Source: Octopus bimaculoides (taxonomy: Eukaryota). From it: 64,000 nucleotides of DNA. This document shows, piece after piece, positions 1 through 53,129 of the stretch (the first letter of the stretch is position 1; every line of letters starts with the position of its first letter). A program made the position numbers and the translations under genes. Location of the stretch: positions 14,738,668 through 14,802,667 of the forward strand of contig NC_068995.1 of assembly GCF_001194135.2 (NCBI RefSeq). The letters run 5' to 3'. The notes beneath the pieces are model-generated. The model worked only from the letters and a program-made list of their open reading frames with translations, had not been told where the DNA came from and searched no databases.

Positions 1-1134
1 TATCACCTTGCTTGGAAACAGATGATGGTTGGCAACTGGAGGGACATCTGGTCATAGAAACACTGCCTCAACAAATTATATTTGACCCATGAAAATATAG
101 AAAAGTGAACATTAAAAAGATGATGATGATGATGATGATGTAGAGGCTCTTTTGTTAGCTTATGTTGATGTAGTTGTCAGCTGTGGAACTATTTTCTTAT
201 TCATGTACATCTGTCTCTCCAAACTGCATGTCAAACAAAGAATGATTTTTGTCCACGTCAGATTCTTTCACAATATACAAAGAAGGTATTAAATATTAGG
301 TTTAAAAGGCAAGAATTTGTATTAGCTTTTCTTAGGCCTCTTAGTTCCTGTCTATTATTAATGTATTTGTCTTCTACCATTCAACTAACAACCTTTAGCT
401 CTGTTGATCTCTATCTGTCATGTAGTCAAGGCACATAGCTCATTAGTTAGAGTGTCAAGCTTACAATCATGAGTTTGTGCGTTCATTTCCCAGACTGGGT
501 TATGTGTTGTGTTCTTCAGCAAGACACTTTATTTCATGTTGCTCCAGTTTACTCAGCTGTGGAAACGAATTGCAACATCACTGGTGCCAGGCTGTATTGT
601 CCTTTGCCTTTCCCTTGGACAACATTGGTGGCATGGAAAGGGGAGACTGATGGTCTTTCTTGGATTTGTGCCTTAGAGGGAAACTTTCTAGGTGCAATCT
701 CTTGTTCATTTGTGACCAAAGGGGGTCCACCTATCATCATCATCTTTTAATGTCTGTATTCCACACTAGCATGGGTGGAACAGTACCACAAAAGCCGGCC
801 AGGCCAAAGCCTGCACCAGACTTCTGTGACTGGTTTGGCTGGATTTTTACTGCTGGATGCCCTTCCTCACACCAACCACTCAGCAGAGTGGACTTTGTGC
901 TCTTTATGTGGCAAAAGCACAGGCGAGGTGAGTAGTGCTTTTTACATAGCACAAGCACAGGCAAGGTCAGTTTTGGCAAGGTTTTTACAGCTGGGTGCCC
1001 TTCTGAACACCAACTACTTTACAGTGTGAACCGGGTGCTTTTAAGTGGCAGCTACACTGACAGGGTCACCAAGTACTTGCAAAACAAAAACTTTTAAGAG
1101 CGGAGGAGGCATTGATGAAACCGTTATAGTGAGA

Positions 1135-1500
1135 TAGATACATGCTTACCAACCACATGGTTCCGGGTTCAGTCCCACTGCGTGTGACACCTTGGGCAAG
1201 TGTCTTCTACTATAGCCTCGGGCCGACCAAAGCCTTGTGAGTGGATTTGGTAGATGGAAACTGAAAGAATCCCATCATATATATGTATATGTATATATGT
1301 GTGTCTGTTTGTCCCCCCCCCCCCCAACATCGCTTGACAACCGATGCTGGTGTGTTTACGCCCCCGTAACTTAGCAGTTCGGCAAAAGGGACCGACAGAA
1401 TAAGTACTAGGCTTACAAAGAATAAGTCCTGGGGTCGATTTGCTCGACTAAAGGCAGTGCTCCAACATGGCCGCAGTCAAATGACTGAAACAAGTAAAAG
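1135..1500 (+). mobile_element. Abundant composite SINE: tRNA-like head with ccttgggcaagt CORE-like motif, (TA/TG)n spacer, second module. Many further copies (e.g. 5280-5590, 11800-12230, 23020-23410).
   Basis: ggttcagtcccactgc...caccttgggcaagtgtcttctactatagc...gtggatttggtagatggaaactg recurs throughout the window. Confidence 0.75.
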
Positions 1501-1739
1501 AGTAATTGAACATGAATAGTAACAATAGAAAGCCTTTTGATTTGGTTGGAGCATGCAAAAATATTAATCAAGATTGTCTGACATCTGCCTCCAAGGCATT
1601 TTGAAGATTTCAATGCAAATATTCTCTAACAAAAACATTGAATGTAAGATGCTTGTTAACAAAGGCACATGTTTTGCATAGCATAAGGTTTGTCTGACAT
1701 TCAGCCTTGTGACATTTTATAATTTTTTCTTTTTTTTTC

Positions 1740-2025
1740 TAATTGCTGTGCTTGAGAAAACAGGTCGAACTAGATGAAATTGTGGTTGTGGCCAGTGCTG
1801 GTGATGCATGAATGGCATTCATGCTGGCGATATGTTAAAACCACCCATACCAGTGACACATGTAAGGCACCCAGTACACTCTGTGGAGTGGTTGGTATTA
1901 GGAATGGCATCCAGCCATAGAAACCTGGTCAAAAACACACTGAAGCCTGGTGCAGCTCCCCAGCTTACCCTCTCTAGTCAAACTGTCTGATCCATGCCAG
2001 CATGGAAAACGAGTGATGATGATGA
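1740..2025 (+). mobile_element. RTE-derived 3' fragment with (GAT)n tail
   Basis: AVLEKTGRTR* followed by the common gagtggttggtattaggaatggcatccagc...ccatgccagcatgg tail. Confidence 0.6.
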
Positions 2026-2899
2026 TTTTAATTGGACTTTTCTTTAACTTTTACTTGATTAATCTGTTAGGCTGTGTGGCCATGCTGGGGCACTGCCTTG
2101 AAGGGTTTTTTTTTTTTTAGTCAAGTAAATCAACCACATTACTTATTTTTAAGTCTGCTGTTTATTCTATCAGTTTCTTTTGTCAGGCCACTAAGCTACA
2201 GAGACATAAACAAACCAACACTGGTTGTCACTATAGGGTGGACATACATACATACATACATACATAGTTATCATTAGCCCTGAAAGGGTATTTGAAATAG
2301 AATTGCTGTTTTCTTTGAGATACAAAGATCCCAGCGGTAATTGTGAGGTTTGGTATGTTCTAATATTTTCCAAATAATTCTATAATTTCTGATTTTAGCA
2401 TTGATATACTTCAACAATGTTGTGTTCAAAGACCTTTCACTCTTCTTTACCTTCCTCTCATCTATATTCATTAGGGCAAAATTCCATTTGGCATCCAAGT
2501 CTCATATTCCACAGATTGAAAAACTATTCAATCCCACTGCTCTCTACCTATAGTATGCATTTTCTACCATAGCCTTCTTATTAATCAGTACTTTGTAAGT
2601 AGAATTTGGTTGAAGGGAAACTTTACAGAAAACTACTCTGTGTGTATATGTGTGTACACACGTGCATGTAATTTATTAGGTCAGCCAGTACTGGAGTTTA
2701 CTCATATCTTGAATTTTGCAGGCCACAAAATTATATCCTTATCATTCATTTTGTCTGCACACTGAATAATCACGACATAAATTTTGTTTAATAAAGTCCT
2801 AGGGAGTAGGTGGGAACTGATTCTGGCTGAGAGGATAAATTTCACATTCTGCCTCCAGATTGTGCAAGAACAAAGGACACAACTGCATTGATAATTGCA

Positions 2900-3150
2900 C
2901 TTCAGTATGCAGATGATGGTGGTTTGGGCATGTCACCTGCTCATCAGGGATGGCCAAAACAATCCTCCAGGGAACAGTTAAAGGTTACAGGGGCAGACAG
3001 AGGAAGAGGTGGGAAAACAATATCTGTGAGTAGACAGGCCTAAAGATGAGAGACGCAGTGCAAGAGGCAGAAGACAGAGATGGGTGGAGGGATCTGGTTG
3101 CAAAGTTATCAGCAATGCCCCAGTGGTCAGCCACACTACAGGATATATAA
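2900..3150 (+). mobile_element. RTE LINE 3' coding fragment
   Basis: Translates to WFGHVTCSSGMAKTILQGTV..RGRQRKRWENNI.E.TGL....AEDRDGWR. Confidence 0.85.
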
Positions 3151-3669
3151 AATAATGCAGATGATGTCACAGTTTGACTGAAGGTCTTGCAACAAGCAGG
3201 AATTTGATCATGTCATTTTGGTACCAACTACTATACAGATTGTGGAAAATGTTAAGCACCTTTAATATCTGGCTAGTTGACTATTATAGAATGCAGGTAT
3301 TGATCAGGCGAATTTAACATAGGATAAAATGTGCCAGCACATCTTTTGGTCTGTTTGAGGGACAACGAAACTTATGGTGTCTACGGTAATTCTTGTACCT
3401 CTGCTTCTAAATATATATGAACCAAGTAGGGATATTCAATAACAGTTCCTCGTCTTGTTTTTGATTGATAGTTTAGTGAGTGAAGAAGCAGAAGTGGGGA
3501 GGGCTGCTTATGTCATCAATGAAAAATAGGGGTAAAAAAAATGTACTAAAACCAGTTTTCATCTTCATTGTACATCTGTTTTCCATGCTGGCATGAGATG
3601 GATGTTTCAACAGGAGTGCACCAAACTCTAATGTCTACTTTGCCCTTCCTAAATCCAACCACTTCACAG

Positions 3670-4060
3670 TGTACTGGATACTTTTCACATGGTATTGGCA
3701 CTAATGAAGTTACCAAATTACTCACAAGGCCAAACCCATTCAACTGAGTCGGGAAATAGTACTGAGAGAAGTGGCTTTATGCCAGATGGTGAGAGGTTAA
3801 AGTATAATAGAGGGGCAAGAACAGGTGTCTTGCTGCAAGGGAGAGATATGATTACCCCAGTTGGAAAAGAAAGAGTATGGTGCTGAAAATATGTTAGGGG
3901 ACACCTTTGAGTTATTGGAAGATGAATTCAAGAGAAGTGGTATGGGTAGGTATGTAAGTTTGTGGGAGTACAAGAGGTAAGTGGCAGATGAAGAGAGATG
4001 GGATTAGAGGGAAATGCAGTGAGTGGTGAACATGGATGGAGGCATGGTTAATCATGAATA
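3670..4060 (-). mobile_element. Possible ancient Penelope-like retroelement remnant; similar tracts at about 13190-13520 and 18250-18790
   Basis: Purine-rich + strand. The - strand translation loosely resembles Penelope linker sequence (PLT..PTNL...HIF...PCS). Heavily degenerate. Confidence 0.3.
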
Positions 4061-6377
4061 TCTCCTTTTAGAAAAGAATTAAAGTGAAGATAAATCATTG
4101 CATGTAACTACAGTATTTTAATCATAATCAAATACTGTTGTTATTCGGTTGAGCTCACCTTCTTTCTGACTGATGTTTGTTGTTTGAACATATTACATGT
4201 TTTTGTCGCTGTACTTTACAGTAATATGAGTAAAGGTAGCGAGCAGCACAAAACTTTTTATCATTCAGTTCCATCATTCAGACAATCTATTTTGTCAGTT
4301 CGTGATGATAATACATAATTATTATTTCCCTGGAAGATAATCCTGTTGACATAAGCTTCTAATGTTGTCTGGCAACAAGTAGACACTGCCTACAACAAAT
4401 TGCTTCCCTTCTACAGCTGCTGCTGCTGCTGGTACCACTACTGCTGCTATTTACTTATTGTTGTTGTTGTTGTTTTTCTCATACAGCTGCTTCACAAGAA
4501 TATTTCTATGTGGTCTCCATAGTTAAGCGAAACTGTTCTTATTTCCTATTGAATAAATCAATAGTTTGTCTGCAAAGTCATTTGCCAGTTCTTTGAAAAT
4601 ACTCCCAACTACAGATTCTTTCATCTCATCTCATTTAAAATATTTTCCTGCCTGGTTCCTACCAACTTCTTAAATATTTTCTTATGACATTAATAGTTTA
4701 GTCCTTTAGCATTTAAACCTGCCATATCAGGCCCTAAGATTCTACCTACTTTATGTTCAAACTGGCCAGCTCCATCCTCTTGCACCTACCCTACAATGTC
4801 CTGCTAAAAAAAAAAACAATCACATTGTCAGAATCTCAGAGCTATGACATAATGAATGATTAATTCAAAACAATGTGAATTAATCCTTTCTACTATAGGC
4901 ACAAAGCCTTAAATTTGGGGGAGGGGGTAGTCAATTACATCGACCCCAGTATTCAATTGGTTCTTATTTCATCGACTCTGAAAGGATGAAACGCAAAGTT
5001 GACCCCGGCAGAATTTGAACTCAGAACATAGCAACAAACAAAATACTGCTAAGCATTTCGCCTGGTGTGTTAACGATTCTACCAGCTTGCCACCTTCACA
5101 ATGTGAATTAATAAACATTACATTTGACAGAGTTATCTGATTGGTAAAGATTTCAATGGAGTTTCATTCTTAAACTTTTTTTTGATTATTTTTGGATATT
5201 CCTGATGGAGAATTTTGAAAATATTCTTTGATGAAGTAGCGAAAATTTTTTTTTGCTTTTTTAATATATCAATCCCTTTTGTGTGGCACCTTGGGAAAGA
5301 ATTTGTTTTCTATGGCCCTAGACCAACTAATGTCTTGTGAATGAATTTGGTAGATGGAAACTGTGTGGAAGCCTATCATGTGTGTGTGTGTTTGTTTTCC
5401 ACAGACTGATTGCCAACTGGTGTTGGTTTATTTATGTCCATGTAATCTAGCAGTTCAGCTAAAAGAGATCCATAGAATAAGTACCAGACTTTAAAGAAAA
5501 CAAGATATTGGCACTGATTTGTTCAACTAAACTCTTCAAGATGGTACTCCAGCATGGCCGCAGTCCAGTGACTGAAACTAATAAAAGGAAAGATGAATTG
5601 AATTGTAAACAAATTCAGGTTTGAGTTCAGTGATGTGATGTAATTAACATCAATCAATTAAGAAAAAACTCTTGATGATATTTTTATTAATATGCAGTCC
5701 TTTGACATATTTGTTCTGCACTAAATTACAGATACTCTCATCATCAGATATACAATGAAACAGTGCTAGGTCCATTGAAAACCTGTAACAAACAACACTA
5801 TATTGTTCATAAAATGCAATATAAAATACATGAATAAAATATCTCCTGTAATATTCCTAAATGATTTGGGACTGATTTCCAATAAGTTAGAGGAATTGAG
5901 TTAATGCAGAATTAAATTTACTATTTTTCACAATCAAAAATCTATAACAGATTTTATATTTAGACCAATATGTCAGTAGATTAATAGCACAACCACTTAG
6001 CTTTTTCGTTTTTATGGAATTGTATGGAATAAGTGATTCTTCAGTTTATGATAAAAAAAAATTTTTTGCTAGTGTTTATATTTTTTAGTGACATTAATCT
6101 GTGGAAAATATGTTCACATGCATATACATACATACACATACATCAGCCAGTGCCTTTCAGAGGTCAACTTGCCTAGGGTCTTCAGTTCCTTCTGTGTTGA
6201 GCTGCATGCATACAATCAGGCTGTTGTTTCCAGCTCATTCTTTGAGGTCATCAATCCACAAACATCTTTGACACTCTTTTGCTCGCTTCCTCTCAACACT
6301 TTCAGTCAGGATGGTCTTGGACATTGACTCTTGGCACATTGTATGGACTTAATTCTCAACAAATGATGTCTTTGGAC

Positions 6378-6660
6378 GAAGTAGTTGTATGCTGTCAACT
6401 TAATGTGACAGTCCCATGAAGGCAATAATACTACTGTTGGTTAGACCTAGGAAGCTGCACCGCTTCCTGTCGGCCTTGACACATTTCCTGTGTCCTATGT
6501 TTACAAAGGGGCGAGGTGCTTGTCTCCCCCTTATAAACATAAGGACACAGGAAATGTGTCAAGGCCGACAGGAAGCAGTGTAGCTTCCTAGGTCTAACCA
6601 ACAGTAGTATTATTCCCTTCAGGGGACTGTCACATTAAGTTGACAGCATACAACTACTTC
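6378..6660. repeat. Foldback (near-perfect palindrome), MITE-like
   Basis: Arms of about 130 bp (gaagtagttgtatgctgtcaacttaatgtgacagtccc... and its reverse complement) around a ~15-nt centre. Confidence 0.9.
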
Positions 6661-7005
6661 ATCGTATTACTACTGCATAAATCTCTCTGAGAGATTTAGA
6701 AATGTATTATTTCTAAAAGGTGTCTTTGGATTTTCAGTTTTTCTAATATTGGAGCATTTGTTGCTCTCTTTCCACTTTGTTGTGTCCAATCTGTGCAAGA
6801 TCCACATCTTAAAAACTTCAAAAATTTATTATAGTAAAAGAATGAAGAACCAAACATTCTGGACATAAGATCTTCACTTGACCACTGTTTGCATCGGTCA
6901 GACAGAATGTATTGAGGCAGATTTCCTATGACCAGAGGCACTTCTTGTTACCAGCCCTCACCTGTATGACAATGATTCTTGTTTATAACAATCTTGTGGT
7001 GTCTT

Positions 7006-7036
<31 letters not shown>

Positions 7037-7048
7037 CATCATCATTAA

Positions 7049-7269
7049 CCTTTTAGCATTTAAACTGGCTATATCCAGCCAAAACATTCTATCTGTTTTA
7101 CTTTCAAACTGGTCAGATCTGATTTCTGACACCTACCCAACAACGACATTCTAAAAAATTAACAGATGCCTCGTCAAAATCTCATAGCTACAAAACAGTA
7201 TGTGATTAATTCAAAACAATATGAATAAATAAGCATTACTTTTGACAGAATAATGTGAATGCTAAAGGG
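7049..7269. mobile_element. piggyBac-type MITE; related copies at 32119-32339, 26858-27710 (interrupted), about 4700, 49797, 63122 (partial)
   Basis: TTAA-cc(t)tttagcatt ... aatgctaaaggg-TTAA: TTAA duplication with CCC/GGG-type termini. Confidence 0.85.
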
Positions 7270-9401
7270 TTAATATTTAATGTCTCTTCCATGCTGGCAT
7301 GAGTTGGATGGTTTGACCAGTGCTGGTAAACCAGAGAACTACTCCAAGCTTCATTGTATGTATATGTGCATGTATGATATATATATAATGGGTTTCTTTC
7401 AATTTCTGTCAACCAGTTCAACTCATAAGGTCTTGGTTGGCTTGGGCCTATAGTAGTGAAAACATGTGCCTAAGGTGCCATGCAGTGGAACCAAATCCAA
7501 AACCATATGGTTGAGAAGCAAGCTTCTTAATGACTCAGCTACACTAGTGCACATAGACACACACACACAATGTCATAATTAGTCCTATAACAGTCACTTA
7601 TCAAATAAATTAATATTCCTTGTGTCTGATGTAAGTTGGCAGTTAAAAAAAAAAAGTTTTAAAAAAAGTTTAAAAAAAAGGGAAAGAAGTACTGGGGTCA
7701 ATTTGTTTGACTAAACCATTCAGAGCAGTGCTCCAGCATGGCTGCTGTCCAGTAACAAACAAGTAAAAGAAAACAAATAAAACATAATCCATTGAAGGTT
7801 AGTACTTCAGCATGGATGCCGTTTCAACTATTGAAACCAGTAAAATATAGAAACTAATAATAAAAAGATCAGCCATCTTTTCATAGAAATATATCTGCTC
7901 TAACTAGTAATTATATCTAGATAAGAAGTTATGAATGCATAATATGGATACATAAATGTCTTTTATGTACCAGCAATTTTATCACAATACAAAAACTTAT
8001 GAATGAGTTGATATGGATGTCTGGGTTTTTATGCACCAATAATTTTTTGCAAGTTACCACTAGCTATTAGTCAAGACAGCAGCAGCAGTGTCAAACTACT
8101 AATTGAAAGTCTGGTGGCTTTTATCGTCTCACTTAGTCTGAGGTAATGTTGCAGGCACCTAACGCTCCATGGTTTTGTCTGACTGCCAGTTTGTGGATAG
8201 GATACCAGGAATAACACAGTGTAACATGATTTTTGTCTTTGAGTAGCTACTGTTATTTCCTATTTGCTAACCCCTAGAAAGTATGAAAAATGGCTAGTAT
8301 TTCTTTTAAACTTCTCTTTTGTTACATTTATTCAAAACACAGAAGAATCACTCTCAGCACATGGCTGTGGTGCTCCCTGACTGCTCCTGCTCATGATCAG
8401 ATATGCACATATTATCAGCCACTGAGAGACTTGTTCACGTGATTAAGGTCAAACAACTGACAAGCAAATCTGTGGTATTGAGTAGACTGTTTGCTATAAC
8501 GTTATTTCTGCTTCAGCAACTCAACACTGAATCTGTTTGAAATGTCACAGAAAGTAGGTCAGTTTCAAAACATTGATCTCTAGGTGACAACAGCAAAGTT
8601 TGAAGAGAATCGTAGTCATTTCCTTTGATTTCTAGATAGAAACAAATAGGAAATAACACTTACTAACCAAAGGCAGAAAAAACAAGAGCACTCAGAGAGT
8701 GCAAACCTTCACCAATGCAGCAAAATGTTAGCTGGTTCTTATTTTATTGTTGTTTAGACTCATGTCGACTTTCTAATTTAGATATATTTCAAAAGTCAGT
8801 GCTGTTATTTAGACATGTCAAGAGAGATAGTTTTGTCTTTGGTTTTTTTAAATGTATGGCTTGAGACATAGACTTATATTTTTAGCCATAAGTCTAAATA
8901 GCAAAGGCCTAACTAAGGACAAATTCCTGAAGTATTTAATTACAGTTTTTACATGCTGAATTCAATATCCTTCTGAGGTTAACTTTGCCTTTCATCTCTC
9001 TGAGTTTAATCAAAGAGCCACTCAAATATTAGGGTTGATAGCATCTCCTAGTTCTCACCCCTTAAAATTGATGACCTTGTACCTAAATCAGAAAGCGTTG
9101 TCATTGTTGCTGCTGTTGTTGTTGTGAGGGCAGTGGAGAGGTGGAATCATTAATAGCATTGGACAAATATCTTGCAGTATTCATTCTGGCTTTTAACATT
9201 CTGATTTCAAATTCTCCCAAGCTCATCTGTAACTTTCATTTATTTGGATCAGAAAATTACCAAACCCTTCCCCATCAAAATTTATGACCTTGTACCTATC
9301 TATGATTTTATTATTGTTATTGGTTGTTGCCGTTATTATTTTAGTCAGTTATTTATTGTTATTGTATCTTTGGTAGTTATCCTTGAGGAATCTTTTTCAA
9401 A

Positions 9402-48561
<39,160 letters not shown>

Positions 48562-48575
48562 AAGAACTTTTAGTG

Positions 48576-48581
48576 AATAAA
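48576..48581 (+). promoter_or_regulatory. Possible proximal polyadenylation signal AATAAA
   Basis: Hexamer 15 nt after the stop codon, but it is also the start of an A-run and may be fortuitous. Confidence 0.25.
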
Positions 48582-49062
48582 AAAAAAAGACCAAAAAAAA
48601 AAACCGGAAAAAATGCCCCTGTTGGCATAGTAACATCATGTGACTAAAGACATAAAAAGAAATGCATCAAAGAACCTGTACTATGAAATCCATTTGACTT
48701 CCTCTATTTTTTTCTCTCCTTTCTCCTACTTTCCTATTATAAAATATACTTTCTGAAACTCATGTAGCATGCCAGGATGATTGTAGAGATACATTGATAA
48801 GAAGAATAAGAAAAAGAACAAGAAGCAAGATAATTGTTTACCAACCAAACTATTTAAAAGATGGTCACTCTAACAGTTTATCATTCTGTGTGTGTGTGTG
48901 TATGTATATATATATATATATATATACACCCACACATAGATGCACACATTGCAGACAAAATGACAACAATGACAATCACACAAAGATTGTTAAAGAACTT
49001 AACATTTACATTTGAAATATATATATATTAATATATGTATGTATACAATATATGTGTGTGTG

Positions 49063-49103
<41 letters not shown>

Positions 49104-50371
49104 GTAGATGCACATACATGTATACATACACGATATATGTATAGGTATAAATGTGTGTATGTATATGTGAGTGTGTGTTTATGCATATGTGTATATATAG
49201 AGATGTAAAAATACTGTAACATCACCATAGTTGACTGCACATATACATGTGTCTGTCTGTAATAATATGTGATATTTGGGTGGCTATACAATATGTTCAT
49301 ATTCATACTTACCAAAAGAAAGAAAGACAAAAAAAATTGTTATTCTATACCATTCTATGAAACAACAGAGAAAGAAAAAAGAAAAATATAATTTGGTTGG
49401 GATTTTTTTTTCCAACAAATGTATAATTCCCTACAATTTTTGAAACATCTCCTAGTTGTTACAGTTAATGTTATTTCTTCAAAGTAATTTTAAATTTTTA
49501 TCCTGCCTTATGTTGTTGTTGTTGCTCTTGCTTCTCATTCCCTGCCGCTGCCACCACCACCACCACCGCCGCTGCCATCTCTTTCTCCCATCATCCCCAA
49601 ACTCATTCATTCATAACTCATGGAAAAGATCTAAACCTCATAAGCCTTGACTGAAACCCTTCTTCCTCCACTAATGAGAGACTGGTCATTGTAAAGAGAC
49701 TGAACGACTAGGGCCTGTTGCTCCTTTAAAAATTGTATTTCAAAAGCCCAGTTACATTGTGGAAGAACCATTTAAAAATACACAGAAATTGTTTAACTCT
49801 TTAGCATTCAGGTTGCTCTGTCAAATGTAATGCTTATTTATTCACATTGTTTTTAATTAATCACGCATTACCTTGAGGCTTTCTGATTACTTATTTTTAG
49901 GAAGAAATTGTAGAGTAAGGTGATGGTGTGTGGCTTAGTCATAATGTCATGTGTTCGATCCTCAGCAGCGTGTTATAACCTCAAACAAGTCTCTTTATTT
50001 CATGTTGTGGCAGTCCATTCAGCTGCTAAAAATGAGTTGTGCCTGTAATCCGAAGGGCCAACCTTGTCACATTGAATCTCCCTGAGTTCTACGTTAAAGA
50101 TACACATGTCTGTGGAGTGCTCTGCTACTTGCATGTTAGGCTGTTCTGTTAGTCAAATCAATTGGAACCCTCATTATCATAACCGGCAGAGTGCCAGTGA
50201 GAGAGAGAGTGTGTTAGGTAGTTGTGAGAGGCCAAAATCTGACCAGTTTGAATATAAAACAAGTAGAATTTTTGGACTGTATAGGGCCAGTTTAAATTCA
50301 TTTTTGTATTTGGTTTGCAAGATTCTTGACATAAACTCAGGTGTTGAAACAGATTTTCTTTGTCTTGAGAG

Positions 50372-50726
50372 GGTCATTATGCCAATAATATACACATGCA
50401 CTGGTTCTATTTCACTTCTGTATTTATTATTTATCAGTTGGTCAACCATTTAACCAATTAAGTAGTCGATTGTTTGATTAATCATTTAGTCAGTTAATTG
50501 ACCAATCAAGTCTGTCAGGACAGGCCTAGATTAGCAAGAACATGACATTGATGAAGTCACAAATAGTGACAAAAGGACTTTGACAAATATGGCTAAATTG
50601 ATTGAGTGACCACACAATTAATCAAACCATCGAATAACTAATTAGGTAAATGATTAACCAACTGACAAATAAAAATGAAGTGAAATAGAACCAGTGAATG
50701 TATTTAATACTATAAGCATAATGACC
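50372..50726. repeat. Inverted repeat, arms of about 105 bp, MITE-like
   Basis: ggtcattatg...cactggttctatttcacttc... versus ...gaagtgaaatagaaccagtg...cataatgacc. Confidence 0.75.
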
Positions 50727-53129
50727 TGCCCAAAGGTACAACAAAATACATTTAAATTCATTTCTTTTTCATTGATATGTTTTCTTTGTTATTTGACCAC
50801 GACTTTGTCACTGATACAGGTCCCCTTTGTGACCAGGTCACAGCTGCACGACAAAATGAATGGAAAGTGAATTTAATAGTCTCTGTTTCTTCACTGAAAT
50901 GATTCTTCCACGATGTAACTACTTTAATATCAACAACACACTCAGTCTCAGACTAAGCCATTCACTAGACATGTACAAATTCCACAAAGAAAAGAGGAAA
51001 AAGAAATACTTTTCAACATTCCAATTTGTTAATATTTATTTCTATCCATGCTGTTTTAGGTATGGTACAAACATTCTCTTCAGTTGCCTCTATGTGTGTG
51101 TATGTGTTTTTATGTATGTGAGGAGATGAAGTGTTGAGCAAGCTGGCTTTATGTCTGGTATTGAGAGGTTTAAGTATGAAGTGTGTCTATGTGTATATAA
51201 ATGTGTACATATATGTCTAAGAATTCATACATTCACTCATGTTTTTGTCAGTAGAGTGAGTATATTAGTCAACATGTTCAGCATTATAGAGCCATTACAA
51301 TGTGTTTCTAGATAACTGTGCTATTGATTATAACTGGTATGAAAATGATTAAGATCAACTGAAATGGGTGTATAATACTGTATACTTTTATATATATAAT
51401 ATATATATACATACACACACATATATAGAAAAAAGTGAAAGGAGTACAGTGACTTCGGTCATTATATTTACTGTAGTATTTTATATATACATATAGTTAG
51501 AGAGTGTACATGTGTATACATATATTTTAGGTTATTTATAGTTGGTCAGGGAGTGACCATTGGTTTCACACCTATAAAGCTCTTAACTGTATAGGCAACT
51601 TGTCAGGTCCATTTTGAGTCTGATGCATCACCTACACAGCTAAGTGTCTCATAGGTGCAAAACCAATAGTCACTCTCTGACTGGCCTTGACAAACAACCT
51701 TCTAAATATTTCTACTCTAATGATTTAAAGTGTAGGTCATTTTTGGATATATGAACTAACTGATATATAAATAAGAGAGGGAGAGTGAGAAAGGGTTCTG
51801 TTGAATTGAGACTGTTAACACATCTAACAATGTCTGCTTCACATCTGAGCTTACTTTCTATTTAGTCTGAACAAATTCCCATGTGGTATGAAAAGTCAAA
51901 GCTCTCCATCAACAGGGTTTTGATTGAGCAACCCTTCTCAATGTGTCACTCGAGCATTTGTTTACCATTTGCTGCAGCCTCTGCCAGTTCATCATTGGAT
52001 TTCATATTTCGAAAGAGAAGCGATGAACAAAAGAACAAAAGGATAGAATTCTCCCCTTTTCACTTGGAGACCCTAACTACAAACAAAGAGGCCCCGTGAA
52101 GAACTGGCAGTATGTTTTCCTGAAATGTGTCAAAAGAGAAACTAAAGGCACAATCTTCAGTGATATAACAGTTCTACTATTGTTGCTGTTGTTAATAATA
52201 ATTATGATAATATTGATTTCTTACATAATTAAGGTGAAGGCACGTGTTTTAGTGGTTAGGGTATTCAGTTCACATGAGCTGTGCATTTTGTCCTTGGACA
52301 AGACACTTTATTTCATGTTGCCCCAGTCCACTCAGCTGAGTCGTACCTATAATTCAAAGGGCTGACTTTCTCATATTGTGTCTCACTGAATCTCCTTGAG
52401 AACTACATTAAGCATGTGTGTGGAGTGCTGAAGCCACTTGCACGTTAATTTCATGAGCTGCTTGTTCCATTGATCAAATCAACTGGAACCCTTGCTGCCG
52501 TAACCAACAGAGTGCCAGACAGAATGATAAATGAATCCAGATTAACCAGCATGCTGATCAGATACTAGAATCTTTTTGCAGCATAAATTTAAGAAATTTT
52601 CTACCTGGCACAGACATGGTTGTGTGGTTAAGAAGCTTGCCTTACAACCACTTGGTTTCTGGTTCAGTCTCATTTTGTAGCACCTTGGCTAAGTGTCTTC
52701 TACTTTAGCCCCTGGCTGACAAGACATCGTGAGTGAATTTGGTTAATAGAAACTGTGTGGACTCTCATTGTGTGTGTTTATGTCCTATCCTTCTCCATCA
52801 CCACCACCACTTTGACAACTGTTGTAGGTTTATTTATGTCTCCATAACTTAAGTTTCAGCAACAGAAGACCAATAGAACACGTGCTGGGGTTCGATTTGT
52901 TCAAATAAATCTGTCAAGGCATTGCCCCAGCATGGCTGCAGCCCAACAACAAACGAAACAAGCAAAAGATTAAAGATAAAAGAAGTTTTTCTTTTTTCTT
53001 TAAGAGGTAAAAATAAAGATCAGTATTGACAGAAGATTCTATCTCTTAAATTCTGAGATTCTTGCTTTGCTTTGCTTTCTCAAATGTTTGCACTACAATT
53101 CTATATTTCTGAGATGAGGAATTTTTATC

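Noticed and set aside
181-285. Possible 105-nt exon (LWNYFLIH...QILSQYTKK) between cag and gtatta
   Set aside because: Weak pyrimidine tract, no recognisable homology, no partner exons found; could be chance
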